A stretch of 56,008 nt of DNA, counting the filler, from Platydemus manokwari (taxonomy: Eukaryota), in the NCBI GenBank assembly GCA_037951405.1. It is 4 parts of 4 records of this genome, joined end to end, with 100 filler letters (N's around TTAATTAATTAA, not from the genome) between each part and the next. Parts side by side here need not be neighbours in the genome. Positions count along the whole stretch, not along the records: positions 1 to 21,274 come from JBBMOY011411422.1; 3 more parts are not named here. One strand, 5' to 3'. The position numbers were made by a program, and so were the translations under genes. Shown one piece after another: positions 1 to 12,681 of this stretch (its first letter is position 1; every line of letters begins with the position of its first letter). The notes beneath the pieces were generated by a model. It saw only the letters and a list, made by a program, of their open reading frames with translations. It was not told the DNA's origin and did not search any database.

Positions 1-597
1 TTTAAATGTGAGCATTTTTGTTTTAAAAAAATAAAATAGATCATATGGAAATAAATTTTAATATTTAAAAAATAGTTTGAAATGGGTGTATTATAAATGA
101 ATATTATTGGTTCTGTTGAAAACATATCTTTTGATTTCAATATTAAAAATAGAAGAAGTTTTAGCAACTTACAGTTATAACTCGTATTTCTTTCTATACA
201 ATTTTGAGCCATTGAACTGTGTCACTGTGACTAACTCAAAGTTCTGTTGAAAATTTCTAATTTTGGAATTTTCATTTTGACAATATGAAATCAATCAATA
301 TTCAAAAATTGTGCAAAAATTAATTGAGTATTTCTACAAAAATCGTATCAAAGCTCTACAAACAAAAATTAATAAAATACTATATTCGGAAAGTTTATTA
401 TAGTCAAATCAATTATCAAAAGTAACATAAAATAGTCAAATATCAAGTAGTCCTTTAATGGATTGATTTGGAATATTTAAAATTCGAATTTGGATTGTCT
501 CCTTTTGAGTTTATATTTCTAATAATCAAGAATCATACTTATTGCCCTCCATATTCTAATAAAACCATGGCTCTCAATTTTCCTTTCGACCTCTTTT

Positions 598-1183
598 TCA
601 TTTTTAACTTCTCTAGTCTTTCTTTAATTCGCTCAATTATTTTTAAATTTCGTAAGCTTTTCTTTCCTGATCACTTTCAGTATCTAATAGGCCATATTTC
701 ATAGTGCAGTTTTCTTATCTTGCACTCCTTTTCCATTGTTCATGTGGCCTTACTGTCATGAGCATTTGTTTATTTTCTCTATCAAAATACAGCATTAATT
801 TTCCAATGTAGCATAAAAAATTGATGTGAAAATTATATAATTTGTCTTGACTTAGGTTTGCGTAATTGAATTGTTGATGTAAGTGTTCCTCAACACAAGT
901 ATTAATCGGAGAAACAACCCTCAGCAAATCTGCGTTGATCTCGAGTTCCGAACATTCAACCACGTCTGGTAACTGCATTTCGTGAATCTCATAGAATATG
1001 TCATTGCTAATCAGATCAAGAACTGTTCGAATTTTAAAAACAATTCCTGATTATTAATTTTATGATGTATTTTAAAATTAATCAATTACTTGTCTCGTTA
1101 AACGGTATTATTTACGACAATACTGCGTTTATTAAATCAAAATCATTTAAGGTTAATATGTCTGTCTATTTTTCAACTTTCAT
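598..1183 (-). pseudogene. Interrupted spliced reading frame of unknown family (possible pseudogene, or 3' exon 715-1046 of an unknown gene)
   Basis: ATG at 1183. A 43-nt GT-AG intron (1089-1047) joins in frame to ORF 715-978. There are in-frame TAG (1168-1166) and TAA (1114-1112, 717-715 and later). No recognisable domain. Confidence 0.35.
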
Positions 1184-2322
1184 TTTATTTTAAAAACATC
1201 TACACCAGTAATAGTTTTTCTAAGATATTTTAACGTATTTAATCGTATTGTAAAATTTTTAGTGTTTGAAATCGTCAATACGTTTTACTGTAATTGTCGT
1301 ATTATTTGTTTGATTGTGTAATGTCATTATAATCATTATCGATTTTGTGACACCAACTGATTGCTATACAAATTGAATATAATTTAATTATTCTTTACTA
1401 AATCAATAAATCTTGTTGGGGATACATCCTCAATACTGATCTCTTGGAGTTAAAGTTATAGCTTAGTCGTTGAGAGATAAATACACATCATAACATCTTC
1501 ATAAATTTTGCTTTTATCTTGGAACGTAATTGTTTTCATCTCAATTTATCATCAATAGTCGTAAATATCATTAAAGTATGAACAACATTCCTAAAGATTC
1601 CCATTTGAATCTGATTCTTGGACAAAGGAAAATACAATCCATTGTGATCTTTATTATTGTTTTTTGCTTGACTAGTCTGTTTCAGTTACGACGATTGATT
1701 TGAACCATATATAAAGGTGGTCAACAGATAGACGATTATCATTTTGTTTTTTGTCTTCTACTTCCTATTGCAGATTCTTTGTTTCAATAAAGGCATTATA
1801 TTGTGAGTCTTAGATGACTGTTTCTAAATGTTATGTTTAATTATACGGATGACGTTCCACAATCAGATGACGTTCCACAAATACTGAACAAGATTGGTTT
1901 ATTTCTACATCTTTAATTATTTCTACATTAACGTTTAACATATTAAATAAAGAATATTTAAATAACAACCATAAAAACAAACTGCATTGTTTTGAGTCTG
2001 CATATTTGTGGAACATTAATATCAATTATTTAATTACTGCAATAGTCCTCATACATTGGGATGATTCAGTCAGTGCGTGTTACTTCTACCGTACATCTCA
2101 TTTACTGAAAACGTTACAACCATATAAGGTTAAAATTTCAAAGACCATTAAAAGTATTTATTTAAATTTTTATTTAATTTATAAGAATCGAAATCGATCA
2201 TAAGATACAATTTCTTGGTTGAAGCTAAAAAAATTGTTTTAAAATGTAGCTTAATCTGTTGAATTGTTTTAATAATGACAAAATATAGTGTTTAAAATAA
2301 TTCTATTTTAATTTGATATTCA

Positions 2323-5300
2323 ATGAATTTAATCAGAGAAAATCTAGTATCCGTTGTTGGATCTTTTAAACATGGCATACCTCTTTCAAATTTAGAGAGT
2401 AATATTTAAATTTTAGTATTTTACATTATGGAATAGGATGATTGTTATGAACTGATTTATATTATTCAAGGAAATTAACTTCGTAATGATCAATTTTAGA
2501 TGAATATTTCAACATGACTCACTCAAAACTAAATTACCGTTCCTTTAATTTCCAAGATTTAAAATCTTTAATCCAATCCATGGAAGACAGTTTGGTTTTG
2601 AAAGTAAATAATAATAATTGGTATGTGTACTTGTCTGAGAGTGATGAAAATTTTTCGAAAATTAAGAATATTTTAGAATTAGTTCGCAATACTCCGACTG
2701 ATGTAATGAAGATTTTATTATTGAAATGATTAATTAATGATAAATATTTGTTATTCTAGAGATCAAATCGTAAAAAGTTGTCCAATGTTAGTTTTTATTA
2801 TTTATAAACTGATTTAGTATAAATATTAAACAAGATAAATATTGAATGGGTGTATTGGGTTGTATAAAATTGTATTTATTGAAACACATTTGTATTTGAA
2901 TATGATTGTTTTTTATGAAATTTGTCATTTATTGATACTAATAATTTCAGCCGCTCTGCATTTATCACGCATTAATAATTACTGGTCATATGTTTACAGT
3001 AATGATTATATAGAAAGTGTTTGTGGATTGTTTTGAAACTTGTTAGCCTTTTTGAAATGTTCATTACTGACCGCACGCATATATTCATGTTATTCATGTC
3101 TCACTAATAGATTATATATGCAGGCTATTGGTGGGTTTGACAAATGAAATTTATAAGTCATGTCAGTAGTGTGTGCTGGATTATTACGGATCGATTATTT
3201 GATAAAAGCTTCAATTTGTTGATATTTATTTTAGGTGGGGGGATAATAATGTTAATTGATTGCCTATCAGTGTTGTCATTACTAATTTCCTGGAAATATT
3301 AATGTTTATTTGTATTCACATTTCAATAATTGGATAAATGGGAATGGTTTTGAGAAGGGGCTGATAATCATTAATATTGTATTATTGTAACCATTTTTAT
3401 AAATCTAATCCGTTTTATCTTGTCAATAATTTCGTTTTAATAGAATAACCATGGCAGATCATCACAATTTGACAATTTGACCATTTCAGTATCAAATGAT
3501 TTGTGTCAAACTTCAACAGGATTCAACACTAATAATATGCTTGTCAATGGCAATTATGTGAGGAATATGAAAGTTCATTCAAAACCAATTAGTAGAAATA
3601 ATCGTATCGATATCGATCAATATAATAATAATTTTAACAATCTCAAAACTAGCCAATCAAATAAATCCGCTCATTATCATTCTAACGATCATGATAATCG
3701 ATTATTATCTCCAATTTCTGTCTCGAATTTCAGACGTTTCGATCTGGTTGATGAAATCTCATCCAATAATATAGGAGGAGATTATTCGATAAAAAATAAG
3801 CGGGATATCAATGGAAATGTGAGCCATCATTGGAATAATATTGACATGAATGATCTCTTGATCAATTGTCGCATGGATATTGATTGGAAAACAGATATTT
3901 TTATGAAACAAGTCAAAATCTTAGGTGTTATTTCTGGGTTTGGTTTGGTCTGTTTGATGGATTTCTTTGAGAAAAGTCAATATCGACAATGTAAACCATT
4001 TGAAAATAGTTTCCTTGGTGACATATTATTATGGTGAGCTATTTTGACTTGATATAATCGTGTCCATGATATCTGATTGTTTCAAATAATCACTGGTAAC
4101 CATGGCAATATATATAGAATCGATATGGTGTGTGATTATATATTACTTGTGATTGATTTGTCAATGAAATATCAGTAGTAGTAGAAGTAGTAGTGCTGGA
4201 GGTATTCGAAAATTCTGTTTATTGGTTAAGTGATGTATTGATTTATGATTCACCCAACAATCAGCTATCTGATTGGTGTTCAGCAATTATCATCATCATC
4301 ATCATCAATAATAATAACAACAGCAACAACAACATATCGATTATATATCGTTTAACCTCATTTCTCCATTCATTGAACACATTTCAGGCAACCCCCAATT
4401 CCTGATTATGATTTGCCAAAAGATTTCATCAATATCAAGACTGTGATTCCAGTGATATTATTGAAATATAAATCCAACGGCTTGTTAAAAGTTCGCGTCA
4501 TGGGTGTGAGAGCATTGATCAATGTTCACATGAACCATGTATTCGAATTTCCCAAACATTGTCCATTCACAAAAGAGCTCATTTCTGGATATTTGGCCCG
4601 AAAAATGGTTTTGGTTCCATTGGCAACTATTCCGAAATATATCGAAACGTGGGATCAGGATTTACTTTCTGACACATATTTTGCACCTTTAATTACCAAT
4701 AAGGACGAATTCATCTTCGAACACTGCGTTGATCGAGGCGAATTTCTCAATGTCAAATTGCTTTTGCACTTTTCTTTTCCAGCACAAATCACTCGTTTGC
4801 CAGTGAAAAATCGAAAGAAATTCATTGATCATTTGGTGATTGAATTAGAAAAATGTAAAAAGGCATTGAAACGCACTTTCGAGGACATGCTGACAAAAAA
4901 CAATGCTGGCTCGTCACTGAAACCAATGGTGAGTTGCTATGATATATTTTGTTGGTGTGCCACCTAATATTAATGCTTTCATCGTTGACGGTCATTGTCA
5001 AATTGAAGGCAAGCCAATCATATTACACTATTTGACGTGTGTGTGTGCGTGTGTGTCTGAAATGATATTCGATTTCTCTCTATCCAGGAATGCAACATCT
5101 TTTCGATAATCGATGATTGTGCCTCGTGCGAAAATCAAACACTAATTGGCTGTTATTCATTGTTCTCTTACAATCACCAGCGTATTGATCGATTCTGTCC
5201 CACTGGTGAATTGAATCTGGACCGGCTTGAATATCACGTCAGTAGCGATGCATTTTATTATATGGATAACGGCAAGTTGGAGGTTTATTGATTATAGAGC

Positions 5301-5355
5301 AGGGAGGACTGGGAATTTAATTGTCGCATTTGTAGGCCAAAGTTGTCCGCAATAA
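2323..5355 (+). CDS. LOTUS (OST-HTH) + degenerate extended Tudor domain protein, TDRD5/Tejas-like, ~546 aa
   Basis: Phase-consistent GT-AG exons 2323-2398, 2500-2702, 2760-2786, 3444-4033 and 4388-4928, then 5088-5291 (or 5088-5271 + 5336-5355 via a GC-AG intron). N-terminus MNLIRENLVSVVGSFKHGIPLSNLENEYFNMTHSKLNYRSFNFQDLKSLIQSMEDSLVL...IKNILELVRN fits the extended LOTUS pattern. LGDILLW...VILLKYKSNGLLKVRVMG...VFEFP...LATIP...W...FAPLITNK fits extended Tudor spacing. Domain calls are by eye. Confidence 0.65.
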
Positions 5356-7229
5356 ACCGCTTTTTGGGATCTACATCTTGAATGAGAGCTTTGCCAAGTG
5401 CCAGGTGCCCCACTTAAATCAATTGCGATTCCAAGTAGCCATGTTGCTTAATTTGCGTTCTATTTCACGGATGTGAAAATTTTCACGAAAATGTGTATAG
5501 ATTTTGATTTTTGCGCGCATATTTATTGATGTCACTTGCCATAGAAACGTTTTTGATGTTTTTAATAAAAATATTGATCGGCACGTGTTTTTGTATTGCA
5601 ATTTCGTTATTATCGTGATGTTTGGGCTGGTTTTTCAAGCCACGTTAAATTATTCACCGTTTGATCGTTTTATATATTATAATAACGGATCAATATAGCT
5701 CGGTAACAATATTGTTTATTGATCGAACACACATGCGATTTTCAAACATCTTCAACAGTGACAGTTAATAAAACAGTTCCTTTGTCGTCTATTGACGACA
5801 TGCTATGTTCTTTGAGATATTTATAGGCAATGGTTTACTTGTGTTACTTGTGCTTGAATTCTAGTCGATATTTGATTCCCAAGGTTCCAAATGGTATTAT
5901 TGATTTATATCAACTGATATTGGTCAATCCATGTGCATAATAGAGATGTATTCAGATATTTTGTCAAATTGAAATTGTTATCCAATAATTATTCTGATTA
6001 GTCAGTGATCAAATACGTATTCGTTAATTTGAATGAGATTCTTCTATTCTCGAAACCATTATAACTGTGTATGTGTGTGTGTTGAATTAAATCAATAATG
6101 TTCAATTGGCTATGAGATGGAATATTTGGAAATCTGTATTAAGATTTTCAAGTGTTGTTATAATATAAATATATTTGGTATAATATAGATTAGAACAGCT
6201 TGAAAATTCAGTTGAATGTCATGTATTAACAATTAATGTTTTTAATATTAATCTGACTACAATAAAGAAACAAATGTAAAATAAATAAATAAAATATAAT
6301 TATTAGCACAACTGATAGTAACAATAGTTGGTTATATGATAAAATAGTTAGACAATAACCAAGTATCATTATTGGATTAATTACTGTGTAGGATTCCATT
6401 GCGGTAAAAGTCAAAATGAAGTCTCCTATGCATGTTCCGTAAGGGCCTTCTTTACTGAATAATTTACTGGTAGTGCAAGCAAGCACTCTTATGATTTTAT
6501 AAGTATTTGGCGCTAGTGACTTTTAAACTTGATTTAAAAGCATTTAAATTATTCTTGAGTATTTCAGAAAATTATGCAATAATGTTAGAGTTTAAAATAA
6601 AAAATTACTTGAAGATAGCAGAATAAGATTTTAATAGAACTCTATAGGTGACATAAATATAATCGTGTAGAGTTTTTGTATTTTCTCTTTAATTATAGAT
6701 CGATATTTATTAAGCACAATGTTAATTGCGCTGGGTTTAATAGTTTGGATGAAAATACGCTGAAAATTATGTGAGAATTAAATGAATGTTGAAACCCTTT
6801 TAATAAATTGAGATCTATTAGATTTTATTGATACTAGTCAACTAGTAAACCTGACTCCAAAAGGTGTATGTAATTATGAACATTTAAATTGGATTACATT
6901 GCAGATTAATAATAAAATAAATAACTTGATCTGAATAAAATATTATTGATATTATAATGAATACAAATCGATAAAAATTATCAAAATTCAAATATTTTAT
7001 TTATATATTTTTTATATTCTCAAATTCTTTGTTTTATTTTTCGTTCTATTATTGCTATTTTTACTAATTTATTTTCAATTTTGCTATATTTAGTAACTAG
7101 TTTATTTTAATTCTATTTTTGGATTTCTTTTATTATATTTTTAGATTTTAGTTATTATGTTTTTATTTTTGGGTAAAATAATAGTTTCGATTCTGAGTGA
7201 TTTCAGATGCTATTTGGAAAATTTTTATG

Positions 7230-7231
<2 letters not shown>

Positions 7232-7267
<36 letters not shown>
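7232..7267. repeat. (ATT)n microsatellite
   Basis: About 12 tandem TTA/ATT units. Confidence 0.9.
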
Positions 7268-7268
<1 letters not shown>

Positions 7269-9213
7269 TATAGGGTTGTACCCAACCAGATGATGAAAAG
7301 TTTTCTCTTTCATTAATGAAGCAGATCTCTTGCTAGCTTTTTCATTTGATATTGAGAACTTATTGAAAAAATGCGCCCATCTCAAATGATTATGCATCTA
7401 AAGTACTTTCTCAAACTGACTGGAGCAAATATAATATCTTCGATTAAAATTGTCAGCGTTATATGATATTATAAGTAAAGATTGAATTTAAAGATTTTGT
7501 GCGGAATTGTAAATCATTTCCTCTCAATATATTAGCTCAAATAATTGATGGGAAATGTTGTTTCAAAAATCCTTGTCATAGCAATTGTATAATAAGCAAT
7601 CATTTGTGCTTTGCCAGTTACCGGATCCACATAAGGTGTTATACAACCATCAATAATATAAACGGATTTGAGTACTTTTAAGTGACATGTACAATTTAAT
7701 ATGTTCCAACAAAACAACATTCAAAATTTCAATTCCAATGCTTTATCATTACAATGGAGGTTTGTTTTAAGTTGTAATAATATGATTGGATTGTCATGGG
7801 CATTAAATATTTTGAATCTCAATGTTAAATGTAGATAGAATATTGATTATTTGAAGTGCTGATTGATGATCAGAGATCAATGTTTTGAATCAAGGTAAAA
7901 GTTCATAATGTGTTGATATCGATTAGTTATGAATAATGTGAAAATATCACTGATAGATCACCACATTGTGACCTGGTAAATTTCCCGTTTTATTGATCAT
8001 TTTGGAAAACTTTTGGTGAAGATTGATCTCAATTTCATTGATTTGTATCAGTGATCAAATAATTGATTATTAATATAATAATATCAATAAATGAATTAAA
8101 AAAATGATTTGAATATTTTCATCACCTAGCAACAGGCATATTTTAGATTTTTAAAATACTCTGATTTGATGACATGTGCGAATGCATTGATTGTCACATG
8201 AATGGGTCAGTTCACACGAAATGTTGGGTTAGAGCGTACAAAAAAAAGTGAATCTGAAATGTGTGTGTGTGTGTGTTCAATGAAAATAAACAAAATATTC
8301 GAAGTCGACCAGACTCTCCAAGGTGTTTTATAAAGTTGAGGTTTTATCATATTAAATTGCACAACAAATCATATAATTGTAGGAGTAAATTAAATTTTTA
8401 AACACTTTCTTGTACTGTAATGATTTCGAGGAAATCGTCAGCATCGGTTCATCATTAATTATGCTTGATTTGATGGGAAATTTGAACTATTTTGAATGTT
8501 TTCACCACTGTTCGGCGGTGTAGCTTCTTATTATGGTGCAGCTCTCGCATGAGAAATATTTTAGTTTTATTTAATGAATACGATCGATGGTTGGATTTTC
8601 TGATAATTTTTTTGAAAGAAATTAAATAATCGAATCAAATAGGGTATTTTTCTACTGATAAAATGAGCATCTTTCATCTAATCGAAGCAAAACAATGGCA
8701 ATTATTTGGGTTTCTTATAATTTCATAGAAATCTCTAAAAGAGAAGTGATAAAGATAAATTTAAAAAGATTCGAATGTATTACAAAAATATTTCATTCGT
8801 AAATCTTTAGAAAATTTTATCAATTTTTCAACACATCACAAATAAAAAGAATAATAAGCATCACTAAGATTGCTAGTATTTGTCATCTAGAATGATGATG
8901 CGACTAGTGGTCATGACAGAAAACAGGATTTATTATCGTTAGACAAATAACGAAAAATAGGGTAAACATATGTCAATCGACCAGTTGTGTTGAACAGAAA
9001 ACATTAATAGACAACGAAAACAATCACAATAGACAAGAATACAGTCAAAAATAATGATAATAATGACTCTCCCATTCGAATGATGGGAGAATTCTTGAAT
9101 CACATGTTAAATATAAAGGCCTATTATCAAAGCATAATTATATATCACTGTGTCATATCACAATTTTATTCACAAACATATCCAACATGGTATTCGTAGA
9201 TTACTTTCTTTAA

Positions 9214-10020
9214 TTATTCGCATGAGCATTCGCATCGATTGAAGATATTAAAATTCCTGTCCTGCCATTCGCATTGGTATCCTTTGTTCCAGGTGCCTGT
9301 CTTTCTTACAAGATTTTTCACTTGCCTCATTCTTCTGGCAGGGTTCCAGACTTCATATTTTTGTCGGCTCTTTTGAAGCTTCTTATGAGAAAACTCACGC
9401 TTACGTCTCATATATTGTGGAGGCTCTTCCGATTTGAAACATGTCCATCGGAGGTAATGGATTATATGAGCTCCAGTTAATCGACATTTCATACCTGGAG
9501 GCCAGGAACAAGAATCACTGTTTGAGTTGACACAAGCACCTCGTTTAATGTACTGAGGCCAGAAAAGTACTCCTAGATCTTCCCAGTAATATTTCATTTT
9601 GCAACTGGCCTTTTCCACTAACCATTGTTGAATTAATCTCCTCGTGTTTACTGGTATGGGTAAATTTCCCACCATACTTATATTTAACGTATCCACATAC
9701 AGTTCTAATCTAGGATCAAATGAGGTATTTCCTTCATACGACGACTCATCTGGCTTTGTTATGGATGTCCAAAATGGATCAAATTTGTCTCCCAGTAATT
9801 TCACCAATCGCCTCGTATTTTGATGGTTCAATTCTGGCATGAGATCATTGAATAATATTGGATTTATCTTTTCACCAAGTACTTTCATGGCGATTTTCGA
9901 CTCATCCGATTGATTGTCCTCATCTAGTTTTATGTTCTCTTCAACATGTTGACACTGAGAGAAGGACGCTAATAGTAGATATATCGAAATTATGATAGTC
10001 GAAATGTATTCGGTTTTCAT
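9214..10020 (-). CDS. nlg: Noggin-like protein (noggin family with insertion in the cystine-knot domain), 268 aa, intronless
   Basis: First ATG at 10020 gives a signal peptide MKTEYISTIIISIYLLLASFSQC. Noggin motifs LLGDKFDPFW, WLVEKASC, YYWEDLGVLFWPQYIKRGAC, SCSWPPGMKC, LRWTC and terminal CECSC. There are 55 aa between WTC and CEW. Confidence 0.92.
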   Translation of the reverse strand: MKTEYISTIIISIYLLLASFSQCQHVEENIKLDEDNQSDESKIAMKVLGEKINPILFNDLMPELNHQNTRRLVKLLGDKFDPFWTSITKPDESSYEGNTSFDPRLELYVDTLNISMVGNLPIPVNTRRLIQQWLVEKASCKMKYYWEDLGVLFWPQYIKRGACVNSNSDSCSWPPGMKCRLTGAHIIHYLRWTCFKSEEPPQYMRRKREFSHKKLQKSRQKYEVWNPARRMRQVKNLVRKTGTWNKGYQCEWQDRNFNIFNRCECSCE

Positions 10021-12681
10021 TCTAAATAGAAATGACAATAATGACCGCAAAAATAGAAATGTGCTATCTTGTAAGAATGATCATCTTGCAATATTTTCAG
10101 GTAATAAATCTGATACGCGCCATTAAACAATCGATTACGTAACATGCGATTTCACATCAGTTAACCAATACAGATGCACACTGAAAGACTCAATTGTTTT
10201 GCAACTTGATCAAATACTTATGAGAGATTTAATTATAGATTGCTTTATTATAGAATTAATTAAAGAATTCTTCATCGAGCTATTCTTCTGGAATGCGTCA
10301 TTGATTATTGATCATTGCTATTATTTCCAATGATTTCAAGTTCGATTGATAAAAATTTTGGGAATCACAGCTATGAAGTAATATTTCATTAACTAGTGCT
10401 GTATTGCATAAGCTGCTCTGTCTCGGATTTGATATTAATGGACTTGGGATAACTTTGATTTTTTTAGGAATTAACAATATAATCCGTTGCTATGGCAGAT
10501 TAACAAGGTCGTTAATGAGATTAAACTAATTAATAGTAAAAATATTTTAATTAATAATTTATTTATTTGATATTTCTTGTTCTGGTCTTCCAGTCACCCA
10601 TTATTGTTATCTGTTTGTGAGAGCTATTAATAACGGTGTCGCAGACAGGCTATTAGTGGAATAAAAATAATAGCTATAAGAGAAACTAAATCCATGGAAA
10701 ATCGATACTTTTTTTGTCTCAAATGATGAGAATAAAAAAAATTCTTTTCGACAACAATTTTAGATTCAAGCAAATTCTGAATTGAAATCAGCTACGATAG
10801 ATATTTGTGGGTTGTCATGGTGATTTGACTGCAATTCGATAAATTGTTTCTGGAATATAATTTTAGAAGTCAATATATGAAATGACATGTATGTGTAACT
10901 GATATCAAATCGATATCATTCACTGATTTATTGAATGTTTTATCGATTTTTTGGCACGTCATTTAGTGCTCTCTTATCGATTTTTTGTGATCAAACTTAT
11001 ACAATTGGAATAAGTTGAGATTTATTGAATTATTATTGAATTATTATTATTAATTGATTTGCTACAACGGATCTGATCAGCATTTTAGTATTTGATCGCA
11101 TAAGATTTACTAACTATTTGATCAGGGACGATAGGAGTGATGGTTGTTGATTTGAATACAATTATTATGATTATTATTATGATTATCATTGTGATTATAA
11201 TTATGATTTATTAATTTATAATTATTTTATATATTTCATTATAATTAATAAAATTTCGATGATAATAAATTTATCATCAAACAAATTATCAAGCGAAATC
11301 GATCTCTGTTGTTAAAAATAGCTCGAAGATTTTCATGGCAATGAAAGAGAAAATTATTTTGATTCGATGCCGGTCTATGGTTGAATTTCTCACGAGATCA
11401 ATTTTGAGACAGATATTTGTGAGAGATTTCAGATATTAATCGATCTGCAATTCATATGTGGTAGTCGAATTGAGTGGAGAAAGTTTAAGGGGAAGAAGAG
11501 AAACAAAAATAGTGAAGAAAATCCAAAGAAAAATAATTCATGTAAGAACTCAACAAAATCCTTTCATTGTCGGTGAGAACATCGACGAAAATTCTGACGA
11601 AACAAAACAACAATTCATGGAATGAAAACGATTTGAAATCAATAATTTGGAAAGAAAATATAAATATTATCATGTGCCAACAGCAGTAATTACAAAACAT
11701 GTTTCTGTTAAATTAGCGTGCTGGGTTAATTAATAAAATGGCAGAACATGTATTGAAATAACCACACAATATGAGTGATTAGTTTGTAATATTGATTGAT
11801 AATATCTCCATTGACTACTGATCAACATTTGAATTTCTTTTAAAGGGGTTTCAATGGATTACAGTTTGTTGCTATTAGAAACAAATAAATAATTGATTTT
11901 AATTATCGATTGAAATATATTCATTAAAAAAACTGTGAACAGCTATTTCGAATTATTGGATTCAATATGTGTTCTGGGAGAATAAATATAAATTAAATAA
12001 TTCTATGAGAAGTGTTCATCAATATTGAAATTATTCGACAAACTAGTAGATCAAAAATATTGATTATCGATGCAAAGTAATGTTAAATGATCATTACATA
12101 ATTATCATCGAAAATCACGAGTAATTAAACATGTAGACAAGCCACAGTCAATCAAAACCGACTGTTTCAATTATTCGAAATAGCATTCCTCCACACTCGA
12201 ATATTCGTTCATCATGTATCTCTCATATTGATTTTATTTTGATGAATCATTCACCGAATTTCGTGTGATAAATTTAAAATCGATTTTTATATTTAACTTC
12301 AAATCATTATAATTTAAGGTGAAGCACTGCATTGCAAGATCTACATATTTGATGGTCTTTACTGTCTGTAACGGTATAGTAATTTACTGATATCCGGAGC
12401 GGATAGATGTGATTTCTCCACAAAACTAGAGCTGGCGACATACACACACACAAATCAAGAATTAATCACTGCACACACACACATACACAAGCAAGAACAT
12501 ACACGGACATGAACTTCGGATAAATATATATATTCGTAATAAAGCATCACACGCAATGTAAGCATACGGATAAATTATTAATTAATAATAATAATAATAA
12601 TCAGTTCTAGCGAACCCCATCAGGAGAAACAACACAAATAAAATAAATATTGCAATAATTCTACACAATTCATTATTGATT

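Noticed and set aside
598-1183. TAA/TAG-to-Gln recoding (ciliate-like code), suggested by frames here and at 36423-36731 that are broken only by TAA/TAG
   Set aside because: Clear host genes (noggin-like, netrin, SH3BGR) end at TAA, and TAA dominates chance stops in AT-rich DNA. Pseudogenisation is simpler.
1848-1880. Short tandem duplication GATGACGTTCCACAA x2
   Set aside because: Only two copies with no spacer array, so not CRISPR-like. Ordinary slippage.
7270-7720. Possible decayed DNA transposon (TA-flanked TAGGGTTGTACCC end and short ORFs)
   Set aside because: No matching second terminus or convincing transposase motif.
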